64,000 nt of DNA from Octopus vulgaris. Lineage: Eukaryota. The stretch's first letter is position 1; each line of letters begins with the position of its first letter. Below the pieces are notes generated by a model. The model saw only the letters and a program-made list of their open reading frames with translations. It was not told where the DNA came from and ran no database searches. The position numbers and the translations under genes are program-made. The stretch spans positions 76,074,001 to 76,138,000 of the forward strand of contig OX597815.1 of the NCBI GenBank assembly GCA_951406725.2, given 5' to 3'. Shown one piece after another: positions 39,986-53,525 of the stretch.

Positions 39986-42537
39986 GATGTCTTGGGTAGA
40001 TGAACAAGGATTAAACAGAGTGAGGTAGTACCTTGAGCTGTGTAATGTAATACCTGTGTGTTTGGAACTGTGGAATAAGTCTGTTGTTGAGCCCTCATTT
40101 CTCTGGAAGAGTTTTGTGTTGGGTCTCTTTGAAGATACCCTCTATAAATGTTTTGGTTCTGTGATGCTTCATTGTTTTTGAGGATTTCAGGTTTAATGTG
40201 TTACATTATGATCTGAGCTTTTTGGTACCAAAGTATTGTTGCCATTGGCATCTTGGCACCATAGCCATCACTTGCATGCAAGTATAACTTGGTAGCATGA
40301 ACTATACTTTTGCTAATTGTTTTAGATGTTTGTGTAGTCATAAGCAGACGTTGACATATCTCATTGGTGTTTGTGTCACATAAAAAGTACCTGATATACT
40401 TTACAAAGTGGTTGGCATTAGGAAGAGCATCCTGCCATAGAAACCATACTAAAGCTGACCCTGGAGTTTAGCACAGTCCTGTAGGTTGCTAGTTTTCTTG
40501 TTGAATCAGCCAACCCATGCCAGTATGGAAACAGGGGTTAAATATTGATGATGTTCTAAGCATCCATGCACTAAGAGTATAATTTTCCCCTACTTTCATA
40601 CATGCATTTATGTTCATTTCATGAGGAAAAAAAACAAGACAAACCCCAAACAAGAAAACTGATATGCTTGTAATCAAGTTGTCTGTCTATCTTCCTCTTC
40701 TCTTTCACCCCCTCCTTGTGTGTGTGTGTAAAATTAAAAACAATAAGGATAAGCTTATTGTATTTCAGTATCATTCTTTCTGAAGTAAACCTTTATCTAG
40801 AGGTATAGATGCTGACTGTTTCAAACTTTTTCAAAGTTATTTGTTCATCCACTCAAGAATTAGACAGTTAATGCTTCATAATGGAAGCATTAAGTGCTTC
40901 CATTATGAAAAGGAGATGTCACAAGAAGATCATTACAGCAGATATTATGAACACAGCTTTACCATAAGTTATAGGTCATCTTGTAGGAAAATTAACTCCA
41001 TTGGTGAAGTCAAATGTATAAGCTCACCATTTTGTATTTTCATATTGAGGTAAAGGTTACAATTTTATGTAAAACAGAGTATTTTGTTTATTTGAATCAA
41101 GCTGAAAAATTGGCTTCAAATGTACTCTTTGGTTTTCCTTTTCAGTTTAAATTCCTAATAAATATAGTTTTGCTATCATTTCTACAAGAATGATTCTTAT
41201 AACAGCTTGCCAAAATAGAAATAACCGAAAGCTTTCAAGATCTAAAACCAACTAAATGCAAATAAAATGTGCACCTCTGAAAAATTTTAATTTACTGTAG
41301 TTTCCAGTAAATTTATTGCTATATTTATTCATGCAAATGTTTAAATTTGCAGAACCTTTCAACCAATAAATAAGTGAACATTTTCTCCCCCCACCTTTTT
41401 TTTTTTAATCGAAATTGTCTCATAGCTATGAGAAACGTTTCCAATTTTTATCATATTGATGAAGTAGCAAGCATACACATGTATGCTTACACAACCATAT
41501 GTAAGCAAGCATACACCACTTACTTGTATTTGCATTGTATTTCTTACTCTATTCTTGTCCATCTCTGCATCTCCTTCACTATTTCTTTGTGAAATCAGAG
41601 CCCCTTCCATTCATTTTCTTATATCATTCTTAAAAAGAAACAATATATAGCACTTTTATCCTGCACACCTACAATCTAAGTTGCTTATTTTGCTCTAGGC
41701 TGAAGCTGATTATTTATATACAATTGCTTCTTTCAAGCTTGAAAGAAATAACTTTCATTTATTTTGTAATCAAATGGTTTCTTTGTAATAATTATCCTCA
41801 CAGAAGCAGATTTTCTTTTCCCTCTTATTCTATTTTCAAATGCTTATGATGATGATAATGACCACATTACTATTATTATTATTATAATTTAGCTTATTAT
41901 TCCTTCCCTCTCTATTCTCTTTTCTTAAATTACTTCTATTGGATATCAGATGCAGTATTTTCATTCAACTTCTTTTCTCCCACCTCCTTTATTTTACTTC
42001 TATCCTATCTGTATTATAATTGACAAGTTTCTGTAAATTTATTGTGTGTATTTGCCTCTTCAGTATAAACCTCCCCCCACATGCAGTTTATTTACTCTTT
42101 TTTTCTGTCTTGCAGAGAAAACAGAGTTTGTCGTTATTGTCAACTGCATTTTTTATGTCCCTTGCTTTCTACTGAATGTGTCTTTTGTCCGCAGTAATCC
42201 CTACACATGCCAGATGCGTCAGTGGATAACTCCTGTTTACTGTTCTTACAGCATATCACTTTGTTACTTTTCCATTGTTAATTTAATCTAGTTTTGTCTT
42301 TTGCTTGTTTCACAAATATTTTTGGTTACTGTAATGGTTTTTATGAAAATTAAGTCCTAATTGGCGATTGCTCAGGTTTGATTACTGAAACTGTATTCTT
42401 GAAATTCATCTTCTTTACTGCTGTAATTACTCAAGTCAAGCAGTTTTACTGCTATTTAGCCTACTTTTTCATAGACATTTTCCCCCTTTGTTACAAAGAC
42501 TTTGATTACTAAGAAGAAACTAAAAGGTTCTAAAACA

Positions 42538-42607
42538 ATGCTTGGGAATAGCTTTTTACACAAAACTCTTGCTTCCCGCTGTCGAATAAGAAGAAACAGT
42601 CAGCAAG
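42538..42607 (+). CDS. Candidate alternative first coding exon (MLGNSFLHKTLASRCRIRRNSQQ)
   Basis: ATG in aaacaATG context, 23 open codons, then CAAG/GTAATA donor in phase 1. Lies in a roughly 3-kb island without recognisable repeats. No homology recognised. Confidence 0.3.
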
Positions 42608-43110
42608 GTAATAGCATATTTACTACTGTTATAGGTTTGTTCATATTTTACATACTTTTATAGCTTTTTTCACTCTGATAGATGGATAACGCATCATCTA
42701 CCTGAAATATATTTTACTTTATAAGTAGTATTCTCTTTATTACTGTACACCAGAAAAAGAATTCACCTTTTCGCAGTTTATTCTAAATTTAAAATATATA
42801 TGTTTTCTTTTCTTTTTCCTTGTTTTTAGATAAAGGATGTACTTTAAAGGATAAGTAACTCGATATCTGTTGTATGTTTTATGGTGAAAATATAATTGTT
42901 AATGCTCAAACATTTAAAAACAATTTCTAATTTTAAACTCTGGCTTCGTTGTTTCATAAATAGTTTTAGATGTTCCACATATTGATTGCAACAAACAAGG
43001 CAGATCAAACTTGTTTATAGTCATATGTAAATTTATGCCTAAAGATATTACATGTGAAAAATAGATACAATAATTTCTCGTTTGTAAAATAGATATTCTG
43101 TCTTATATAC

Positions 43111-43141
<31 letters not shown>

Positions 43142-45019
43142 TTATATTTATTTCCCCCTCACCTTTAAATATCTTTAGCACTTTTTTTTTGGTGAGGTGA
43201 GAGGGAGGCAAGAAGTAATAACATTTGATTTTTGGTATTATAATTCTAATAGCATAATTTGTTAGGATTCTAGCTTGTGCATTAACATTAATTTGTTTTC
43301 ATTTTAACTGCATATTCTTACCATTATTTTCTTATTTTTTAAAATCCTTTTCTCACTCTTTCATTTCTAATCACTATTATACTATGTTTTATTTTTATTC
43401 TAAATAAACATGTTGGGTTATCTCAAGGTGTGATGTAGGGTTCATAATTTAAAAAAAATATAGTCTAATCACAATTAAGCTTAACTTATTTAATTGAAAA
43501 TATTCAAGTTTAATACAATACATTATTGAAATATTTTCACTAGATTCTTGCACTGCTATAACCTTGAAATAAGAATTCCTCAAAGAGTTTTCTTTAAGAA
43601 ATCTTAAGTTCCATTTAAGCTTCATCTGATTATTTCTTGACTGCATTTTGTCATTAAAATGATATGATTAAAAAAAAATCTTAGTTATATAAGAGTATTA
43701 GCTTGCTATCTGTTCTTTCTTTGATCCTGTAGAAACAAAAAGATCTTTGGATTTAATCTCTTATTTTGAGTATTGTTTTTTTTTCTTTCTTTGAAAAATC
43801 TTAGTAGTAGTCATAGATGTTCCTTATGTTTTAAAATTTTCTCTTCTGTTTACATATAAACAAAATTCTGTTACTTTTTATCTAAAATCTTGAAATTATT
43901 TTCCAAGGGGAAAAAAAAATCTCTAAAATTTTTTTTAAAGAATAGTGATCAAATTTGAAAAGTTTTCAAAAAAAAAAAAAAAATCGGTATTCATATTTTT
44001 GTTTTTAAAGTATTGTCATACTAATGAATAATTTATAACAAACATAGGTATATTATCAGAATATCATTTAAATTTGATTTGATTAAAGTTAACTAGACTG
44101 AGATTAAAGTTATTTTACAAAATAAATATGGAAATATCTGTTTGGCTTGTTTTTATTTTTTGATCTTGATCATATTGATTTTCTAGTATGCCTTAATAAA
44201 ATATTTGAAGTTTAGTTCCTTATCTATGATTTGTCTCTTGCACACATTATTTTTCATAGTAATTTAACTATTCTCAAAGTGGTTTTCATGAAGTTGAATT
44301 TCTTTGTGTTTTGCTTTCTATATATTAGTAACAAAGGATATATTTTGTCATTATGGTCAAACTGGAATTATCATTGCCTTGAATTATATATATGATTATT
44401 GATAAAGGTGCATAAGTGTGATGATAATATTAGCTTTAATGATTTCTATTGGATTATTTTAGAATTATTATTAATTTAGCAGTTATTATTCCAAGATCAT
44501 ATGAAGTTCTTGTGCTTTTGATTTTGTGCAGAATACGTGCGTGCATGCAGTCACACACCTTTTTGGTATATTTTTGTCAGCCTTTGCTTTTGATGCTTTT
44601 TTTTTTTACGTTTCATATTGTAACTTGAAAGTTGGCAGTTTCATACACTGTTTGATAAAAGATTTATTTGCAACTTTTGACTGGAACTAAAATTCAAACT
44701 GATAGAAAAACAGTTTTAGATTTGTTATTCATATTGTTATAATTAGAAATGAATTGGAGATAAATATATTCTGAGAGGTAACTTGCAACTTTGTAGATAT
44801 TTTTCATAACAATTTCATCATCATTAAAAATAGATATCCTTTTAATGTTGACTTTTGGTTGAAGAGTTCTTCAATACTGTGCATTGTGACTACTGTCATT
44901 CCTGTCCTTTCATCTGTGAAGCTCAACATTCAGATCTGACCTCACTAATATCTCCTGTGTCTTCATCGATCTTATGTCGTAGACATTTTCTACTCTCAGC
45001 CACATCAACAGTGGTATGA

Positions 45020-45392
45020 ATCATCATCATCATCATCACATTCACTTTTCCGTGCTTACACGGGTTGGTTTGTGTTTATTGAGGCAGATTTTCTACAGCT
45101 GGACTTTTCCTGATGCTAACCCATACTTGTTTCCCAGCAAGATAATATTTTCCCCATGGTCAGACTTTTCTTTGTAGAATACTGGCAATGAATGACCTTC
45201 ATTTACAACAATCACATGATATCAAGACAAGGAAATGCACACACACACCTGATAGTCTTCTTTCAGTTTCTGTTTACCAAATCCACCCAAGGCTTTGGTT
45301 AGTCTAGCACACACTTACCCAAGGCACAATGCAGTGGGATGAACATGAAACCATGTGGTTAAGAAGCAAACTTCTTTAGTATGCAGCCATGT
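45020..45392 (-). mobile_element. A-head/RTE-tail SINE
   Basis: (CAT)n end, ttctacagctgga tail, then family-A head (ttctttcagtttc..ttacccaaggc..accatgtggtt). Confidence 0.7.
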
Positions 45393-47019
45393 TTATCCCT
45401 AAATCTGCCATATTATTTCTTTTTGGCTATTGGTTATTCCCTATCCTGGGAATTTAATATCAGCTTCTTCATTTTAGTCAATCTTGCTTTTCTTATTCTG
45501 ATTTAATTTTCTTAGATTGTGTGAATTGTGATTTTCAAACACTGAAAGTCTTCCATATTTTGTAACTTGTGTTTTACAACTGTTACTTTTTCAGATTATT
45601 TCTTTCATCATTTTTAAGGATTGAATTTCTATAAATATTTTAAATGTTATTAGCTTGTTCAATTGTATTCCCCTGTACTGAAACTGGTTTTGTATTTTAA
45701 TTAGAACTTAGCAATATATAGAAAGCGCTATGAAGTCTATCTTAAATAGTTGATGAGAAATGAGAACTGGTGAAGGCCAAGGTTATAGTCCCCCCTTCTG
45801 ATTAATAAAAACAAAAACACTGCACCCATTCATGAAATGCATATTACTGTAATGAAGCTAAGATACACTCTGATGCCCACACAGAATGCACTGACTCACA
45901 CTACTTTTCAAAATGCTGTTTGTATTCACTGGATTTTGCAGATGGACGCCAGTCACTGGATAAGCAGACACTGTTTTGCCTTACTGGTTGCAGTTGATGT
46001 AAAATGCCTATAATTTTCATTTAGCATGGAAAGTTAAGCAAACAAACAAACAAAAAAAGAACCATGTTGATGAATAATTATATAATGAATGGGTAGAGCC
46101 AAGATAATTTGTATGTTGAAGCTTATCAAGTTTAGATAAACATTTACCTTGGTGTAGTTTTAAGTTACATTGAAAATATAAATATTGCCATTTTAAATGC
46201 ATGTGAAACTCATGATATGGTACATGTGTTAATAATATTCTTTATTTTATATCAATTAAACTGGGATGCGTTAATGTATGAAGACTTAAAGGTGACTTCC
46301 TGAATTTTTATTAACTTTATTTTTCAGTTTATTTGTAAGGGTAGATAAATTATGTTAATATATTGTGTTAATATGATGTATGGTAAAAGTGAACCTCAAT
46401 AACTTAAATTGATGAATAATCTGAAGCTAATATGTTAAATACTTTTAAGCAGCATAGAATGCAAAAATCCAGTGCTATGAATGTGAGTTGGAAGTTGTCC
46501 AACCCATTTCTGCATGGAACATGAACAAAATGATGACAATGATGTTGGTGGGCACACAATATATATTCAATGAAACAAGCAATAGAAACAGAAAAATGTA
46601 GGTACTTAATAAATGATATCCACAAAATGAAGTTAATTGTTTATACAGATGGCTTGCTAGTAAGTAGAACATAATTTCTGTCATAGGAACAATATAGTTA
46701 GTGTTTAGTAGTGGTTGTAGTGAAAATATTAAGATCTGTTATTTTGTTTGGTAACAAGATGGTTGCTCTTGAAACAGGCAGACTTTATGCAGTGTGAGAG
46801 AACACTTAAATGTAGATTTGTGGAGGCTGGAAAGGAATGGTTGGACAGATATGCAATGTAAATGAGTAATCCCAGCAGGTGTTATCTGCTGGATAGAAAG
46901 TGCTATCAACTGAAGGTAGAGGGTTCTTTGAATTAAAAACATGTTCAATCCCAGGTAAAGCACTAAGATAATTCACAAAAGATCAACTGAAGCAAAACAT
47001 ATCATGAAACAAAGAGAGC

Positions 47020-47230
47020 GGAATGAGAGTAGTGTGTCGGTGTGGATCAAATGAAGGGTTAGGGTCAAAATTCAGATACAACAGAGTTCAACACAAGACA
47101 ACTGAAGAAAGCTGGGGTGTACAACAGCTGAAACACAATGAAAGCAAGAATAGAGATGAAGATATTAGTTTGACAAATATAAACAGTATACATAATAGAA
47201 ATTCCTCATTTCAGAAATATAGAATTGTAT
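47020..47230 (+). mobile_element. Old Penelope-like terminal repeat with degenerate hammerhead core
   Basis: CTGAAGA-A-AGCTG..CAGCT-GAAA at 47102-47133; the 3' end aattcctcatttcagaaatatagaattgt matches 48855-48883. Confidence 0.55.
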
Positions 47231-48090
47231 GTGATAATGGGTATGATCAAATTTGAGAATGTTGGACCTCACACATGAGATCACAGGATGAGGACTAGTA
47301 ATATTGGATAGGAAAAAAATTAGAAAAATTATATAGAAACAAGGACAATATGAAGAAATCTGTAGATCAAAGTCATTTTTCTTCTTAGTGTAGAAACGGG
47401 AAAATGTTTCCCTGAATATTCATATGTTTTGGAATTATTGATAAGTACATTTGAACTTCTTTAATTTTTATCTGCATAAGAAATCAGTTTTGATCATTTT
47501 ATAAACCTGTCTTGAATCTTAAATGATTGGATTAATACCAAATCTCTCACTATAAGAGTTACAAGTTACTTTTGTTTTTATTCCTACTAACCACGGACCA
47601 TTGGTATGTTTTCAAACTGTTATCTGGCAGAATCATTAGTGTCAGACTGTATGCCTTGCAGCGTTTCTTCTGGCTCTTTGTTCTGAGTTCAAATCAACTT
47701 TACCTTTTTATCATTTCAAGATCAATAAAATGAAGTAGCAGTTTAGTAATGGAGTTAATATAATTAACTAAATTCCCTCAACTTGCTGGTCATGTGCCTA
47801 ATTAAAAAACAATGGTTTGCTACTATTACTTGCAATTTTTATATACCAAATGGAGAAGCCTCTATGCAGTTGCTTACTCTGACTGAGTTATTAGGAATAG
47901 CAGCCAAATCTCCTTCAAAACCCTCTATACTGTCTTAAATAAAGGATACACTGTACTGCTTGGTCTCCTAATATTAAAAAAAAGATGATCTGGTAACTGT
48001 TGGCATACATTTTGATCATAGGTTTGCTCATTAGGGATGACGTAGGATTAAACTACAGTTTAAACCTTAATCATACTTAACTGAAGGCCT

Positions 48091-48883
48091 GCACATTATT
48101 TACATTTGACAGACATTTGTCCTCATCTTGTCTGTTAACACAATGTTTCGGCTGGTATACCCTTCAGCCTTCATCAGGTGTCTTGGTGAAATTTCGAGCC
48201 TAGGTTCTCATTCCTAAGGTATTTTACAATGTTGTTATTATATTATTATTCAGCACACTGCTTGGAATCCTTCTCGGAATCATGGGATTAGTAGCCTGTG
48301 CTCTTAACCACTATGCCCAGGGGCAATTATGGAGTCAGTTTTAGGGCTTATAAATCTAATATTTTCCTATCATTCCTTAATACCAGTTCCCATATGCTAC
48401 TCATATCTGCACTCGTTCCACCCACTTCAAAGAATTGATCATGTATGGAAAAATGGAGACCACCTCATCCTGTGGGATGAAGTTAAAATAATAGACAGAG
48501 AACACCACTGGAAAATAAGAAAACTAAAAGAAGCAGCACATATGCTAGGACACAACAACCTCTTAATCAAACCGAATACAGATATTAGTAGCATATGGGA
48601 ACCGGTATTAAAGAACGATAGGAAAATATTAGATATATAAGCCCTAAAATTCACTCCATAATTGCCCATGGGCATATGGCATAGTGGTTAAAAGCATGGG
48701 CTACTAACCCCAAGATTCCAGTTGGATTCCAAGCAGTGACCTGAATAAAATACCCAGGTTCAAAATTTTCCCAAGACACCTGATGAAGGCTGGAGGGTAT
48801 ATCAGCTGAAATGTTGATGAGGACAAATATCTGTCAAATGGAAATAATGTACATAATTCCTCATCTCTCAAATATAGAACTGT
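48091..48883 (+). mobile_element. Penelope-like element remnant: GIY-YIG C-terminus between inverted pseudo-LTRs
   Basis: DHVWKNGDHLILWDEVKIIDREHHWKIRKLKEAAHM resembles the PLE GIY-YIG end (stop at 48640). Arms 48091-48417 and 48571-48852 are reverse complements. Confidence 0.85.
48137..48182 (-). ncRNA. Minimal hammerhead ribozyme motif in the inverted pLTR
   Basis: Reverse strand GACAC-CTGATGA-A-GGCTG..CAGCC-GAAA-CATT-GTGTT. The plus-strand copy at 48775-48816 lacks the 3' strand of stem I. Confidence 0.65.
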
Positions 48884-49739
48884 GAAGTCTTGCATTTAGG
48901 TTTCTGCAACACAGCATAATGAACACTATTTCCTTTATTTGTATATAGGTGTTGTAAATTGTACTGTCTTCTTAGTAATTATGTTAAGAGAAACATAATC
49001 AACATTGGGATTTTAGTGAGAAAATTACTGGTTATTAAATGTGAAGAGCTTCACTTATTTGTGCTAATTTATTGTAGCTTTGTGGAAAGCAATTATGAAA
49101 GTTTATTATTAACAAAATTGTTAATATAGTTGCAATTATTATTTAATGTAATTACATATGTGAACTAATTAATAATTTCAAATTGAAAGCTTAAGATGCA
49201 GTTGGTTTTATAATTATTCTGATGAATTAATTAGTTTTATTACTAATCTCAAACAACAGAGAATTAGTTCACTGTCGAAATAATTGGATTTGTCATTGAT
49301 GAAAAATATGTTATTGATAACAATACACACCTGCACCTAACACATATGACTGTGCATAATCATCATACTGCCTTTGAGAAATAATTCATCTTAATACTTG
49401 TTTCCTCATGTAGTATGAGAAACAATGGTTTATGAAAGAAATAGCAAAATCATTTTGTAATGATATGCTATGTTTTAGTTTAATTTTTAGCCTGCTTCTT
49501 TTTTTTAAAATTTTTTGTTTTAAGTTCATCAAATTTATTTATTCATTTATTACCGTGAAAATGACTTTATTTTAATAATTTACTAATTTGTTACTTATTT
49601 TCGTGCACTTTGTAAATAAATTCTAAAATTTGTTCAAAAGTGATTTTATACATATTAACATAGCATAAACTATAAAGTAATATATAGATAATACAGAAAA
49701 ATTGCATGTACTTACACTTTATTCAATATATGAAGCAAA

Positions 49740-51652
49740 GTTATCAATGAGAAACATGTGCTTGATGTCTTTTGGAAACGTTTTCAATATTGGGGTGTAT
49801 TTGAGAAAGACAAACCCTCATTTCTTCTTCAATGCAACAGAGCCTCTTTTATTATTAACATTGTAGATATTCCAAGAAACAGTCATATTTTTCTTCTTTA
49901 AAAAATGCATGCAATTCCTTCTGAGTTCATATTTGCGATGTAGCACCTTACCTTTTGAAAGCCATCTGACATTTGTGTGTAAAAGTAAATGCATGTGTTG
50001 GGAATCCATATCAACACAAATTTGTTCAAATAAGCGACACTTCAATGGCCTACTTTTAATATAATTAACCATTTCATCAACTTGGTTTCATACTTGCTTT
50101 AACTTAACAGGTATTGTTTTTGAAACTAGTACCTCCCTATGTAGGAAGCAATGAGTATGTATAACATTAGGATTTTGCTGTTGTACAAGAGATACAAAAC
50201 CTTTAATAGAGCCTATCATAGATGGTGCCCCATTGGTACATATTCCAACCCATGAATTCCAGGATAAATTCCATTTCTCAAGGTAGGCAGATAAAATATC
50301 TAAAATATCTTGACCTCTTGTAGTGAGTGGCATTTCTTCACAACAAAAGAACTGATTTATGGCTTGGTTATCATCAATAAAGCAAATAAATGTAATTGTA
50401 TTTTGTTGCTAATGTCAGTTGATTTGTCAACCTGTAGAGCAAATTCTGAGTTTTGAAATTTGTTCTGTACATTTTCTTCTATATCAGCAGATAAATTCAT
50501 AATTCTCCTCTGGATTATATTATTTGAGAGCGGAATCTTGCTTATTTCTTATATGGTTTTAACTATCTTTTTACAAGCTGGTAAGATAATTGACTCAGCT
50601 AAAGTATGCAGTTTAGTTTGTAGTGCAATCATTTTGGTCATCTCAATAGATGCAACTTGAGCCTTTTCAGAAGCATTCATCCTGTTTTCAAAATAGTTTC
50701 TTTGTTTAGATTGCTGTTCTAGCAGTCTTTGGAAATAATTTAGATCTTTACATTGAAAATGTGAGTGTTTAGTTGTAAAATGTCTTTTCAGCTTGCTAGA
50801 CAACATTCCTTTGTTAGGCAACTTTTCACCACAAACAACACACAACGGAAGAGGTTGATCCTTGTTGCCAGTACAATGAAGCTCAAATTTTAAATAGCTA
50901 TTGCAATATTTATGATTGGGTTGAGCTTTTGCATTATTATCACTATGCTCAGTTGTTTTTGATGAACGTTCACTTTCAGATTTGTAATTGTCACAGTTAT
51001 GTTTCCTCTTAATAAACTTATCCAATTTATAGGTATTTTAGTCTGTTAATATGAATTGTATTGCACAAAGAGCACAGATTACTAATAGTCAAACTGAGAC
51101 AAGTGACCAGTGAGCTGTGAAAAGGGGCAGCGTGTCACATATCGTATTCTTTTGAGAAGTCCTTTAAAATTGAAAAGTTGAAAATTCTGGCCCCTATATG
51201 AATGAAAACGATTGAAATACAGTCGCAGTGTGTGAGGACGTATTAAAAGATTTAGTTCAATAGTTTATTTTTCACACTTATTGAAATGAAAACTGCAGAG
51301 GCTATGGCCGAAATAAATTGAAATGTGCACTGAATATGTCCATAAGACCTCAATTTTGAGGATAGATTGATGCTAATTAAGTCCATATCCTTATGAAATT
51401 TCAGATTCAAAACTGAATAACACTATCATACTATAATTAGCCTAAATGAATTGAATGACACAACGTCCTCTCATTCTTAGTTTAGAACTTAGTATTTAGT
51501 TTTTTGCCACTTAGACATTTGTATATGAGCTTTCTAGTGAATTTTGGTTTGTATATTTCATATTTTGAAATGCAATCTTACTTTTCCAAGGCACTCCTAA
51601 TTATATCTTGTGGTGCACCAGTGCATCGTACTGTACGGTTTGGGAACCACTG
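49740..51652 (-). mobile_element. Internally deleted hAT (Buster/Charlie, ZBED5-like) transposon
   Basis: BED-type finger PLCVVCGEKL..KLKRHFTTKH, ICTNGAPSMIG, THCFLHRE, VRWLSKG, C-terminal MRVCLSQI..QAHVSH. 5' TIR CAGTGGTTCCCAAAC adjoins GACTAGAC (nnnTAnnn Buster-type target). The other TIR was not found. Confidence 0.88.
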
Positions 51653-53031
51653 GACTAGACTCTACTGTTGATACACAAGAGCCACACACATAGTGGTGTT
51701 GGGAAAACTGGATCTGTCTTGGATGGTAGATTTAATCCAACTGGTTAATATTTAGTTATTATTGATCCACTTTTACTCATAAGACCTAGTAAGAGATTAC
51801 CTGTGGTGAAATTTAGAATTGAACCTGGAACCATGTAATTTCATAATGAATTTCTTAGTTGCATGACCATCTTTGTCTATTAAGTGAATGCAGCAAATAT
51901 AGACTGAGAGCAATAGGCTGAAAGGATACATTATAAGAGATAGACCATAAGGAGGTCATTGTTGACAAGCAAAGTAAGATGAATGGCATTCTTCTGATCG
52001 TGGTCTAGGGTGTCTACAATTAAGGAATGGATATAAAAGAAGTATTCTATAATGAAGTGTGTCAAGATATTGTAACTCGTACATAGTTGATCAAGACTGA
52101 CATATTTGTAAGCTAAGACTCTGAGAGATAAACTTAGTTTTCTCTTTAGCAAAGTGAAAGTCTAGAATCTGAGATCTCAAGATTTTGAAACTTGTAGCAG
52201 TTAATGTCTTTTCCATAAGAATTAAGAGTTGTTGATTAATTTTTTGGAATATATAATATGTGCTACATATTTGTTGACAAGTTTTAGGAAACTGAAAATA
52301 AGTTGTTTAGATGAAATCAACCTTGATTGATCAGGCTTATAGTATGTGGTTAGTCATTGAAATTATTTGGTACACATTTGCAGACCAAATAGTTTCAGCT
52401 ATTCCATATCTCTGTCTGGTCAAGTTTGGTACTCAACTACTAGATATTTCTGTGACTTGCCTGTATTGTCTGTCAGACATTTTAATTTTGATCATGTTTT
52501 CTTGTGGCATATTATCACTATGACTAGGTTGTTCAGTATATTCATATATTTTTCAGTGAAAAGTTTGAGGGAGATTTAGCTCTTATTTCCATTAAGTCAA
52601 ATGCCTACATAGAGGTTTCCTCATTAGCTTCTTTAAAATATATAGTTGTTTCTTGAAGCATGTATAACTAATATTAAAACATTAACAGTATAACTAGCAT
52701 AAAAATGCTGGAGTAGCATTATGGCTTTCCTCTTGTAGTATTTCTCACTGTCTTTATTACCAGCTTTCTCTCTTCAGCTATATTATTCAGTCCTTCCTTC
52801 TAATCATTCCTTATCTTCCATTACCTCCACCCTTAGTTTATAGTTTTTGAACACACAGAAACAATTTTTATTTATTATGAAGTGTGTGTGTGTAATATAT
52901 ATATTCCTCATCATCATTATTTTTATATACATTGAAGGATATAAATATTTGTATTCATATGTATAATAATAATAATGTATGAACCATTTTTATATACATA
53001 AATATATTCATCAGTAGGTTCATATTCTTCC

Positions 53032-53525
53032 ATTCATCATCATCATCGTTTAATGACAGTTTTCCATACTGGCATGGGTTGGACGGTTTGACTGAGGTCT
53101 GGAGAGCCAGCGGCTGCATCAGGCTCCAATCTGATATGGCAATATTTCTACAGCTGGATCTCTTTCCTAATGCCAACAACTCCGAGAGTGTAGTGGGTGC
53201 TTTTTATGTGCCACTGGCACAGGAGCCTGTCAGGTGGGCCTGGCAACGATCATGTTCAGATGGTGCTTTTTATGTACCACCAGCACAGGAGCCATTGAGG
53301 GAGTACTGGCATTGGTCATGATTGGTTGTTGCTTTTTATGTGCCACCGGCATGGGAGCCAGTCAGGCGGACCTGACATCAACCACGTTTGGATGGTGCTA
53401 TTTATGTGTCACCAGCACGGGAGCCAGTCAGGGGGTACTGGCATTGGCCATGTTCAGTTGGTGCTTTTTATGTGTCACCAGCATGGGAGCCAGTCAGGTG
53501 GACCTGGCATTGACCACATTCCACT
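53032..53525 (-). mobile_element. RTE tail with five 66-bp tandem units
   Basis: Unit starts at 53196, 53262, 53328, 53394 and 53460 (GGTGCTTTTTATGTGCCAC...). Confidence 0.9.

Noticed and set aside
50088-51025. Domesticated ZBED5/Buster-type host gene
   Set aside because: Multiple stops, frameshifts, an internal deletion and a retained TIR indicate a dead transposon.
53196-53522. CRISPR-like regular array and repeat-protein ORFs
   Set aside because: Whole 66-bp units are homologous with no unique spacers, there are no cas genes, and the context is a eukaryotic LINE UTR. The ORFs stay open because 66 is divisible by 3.
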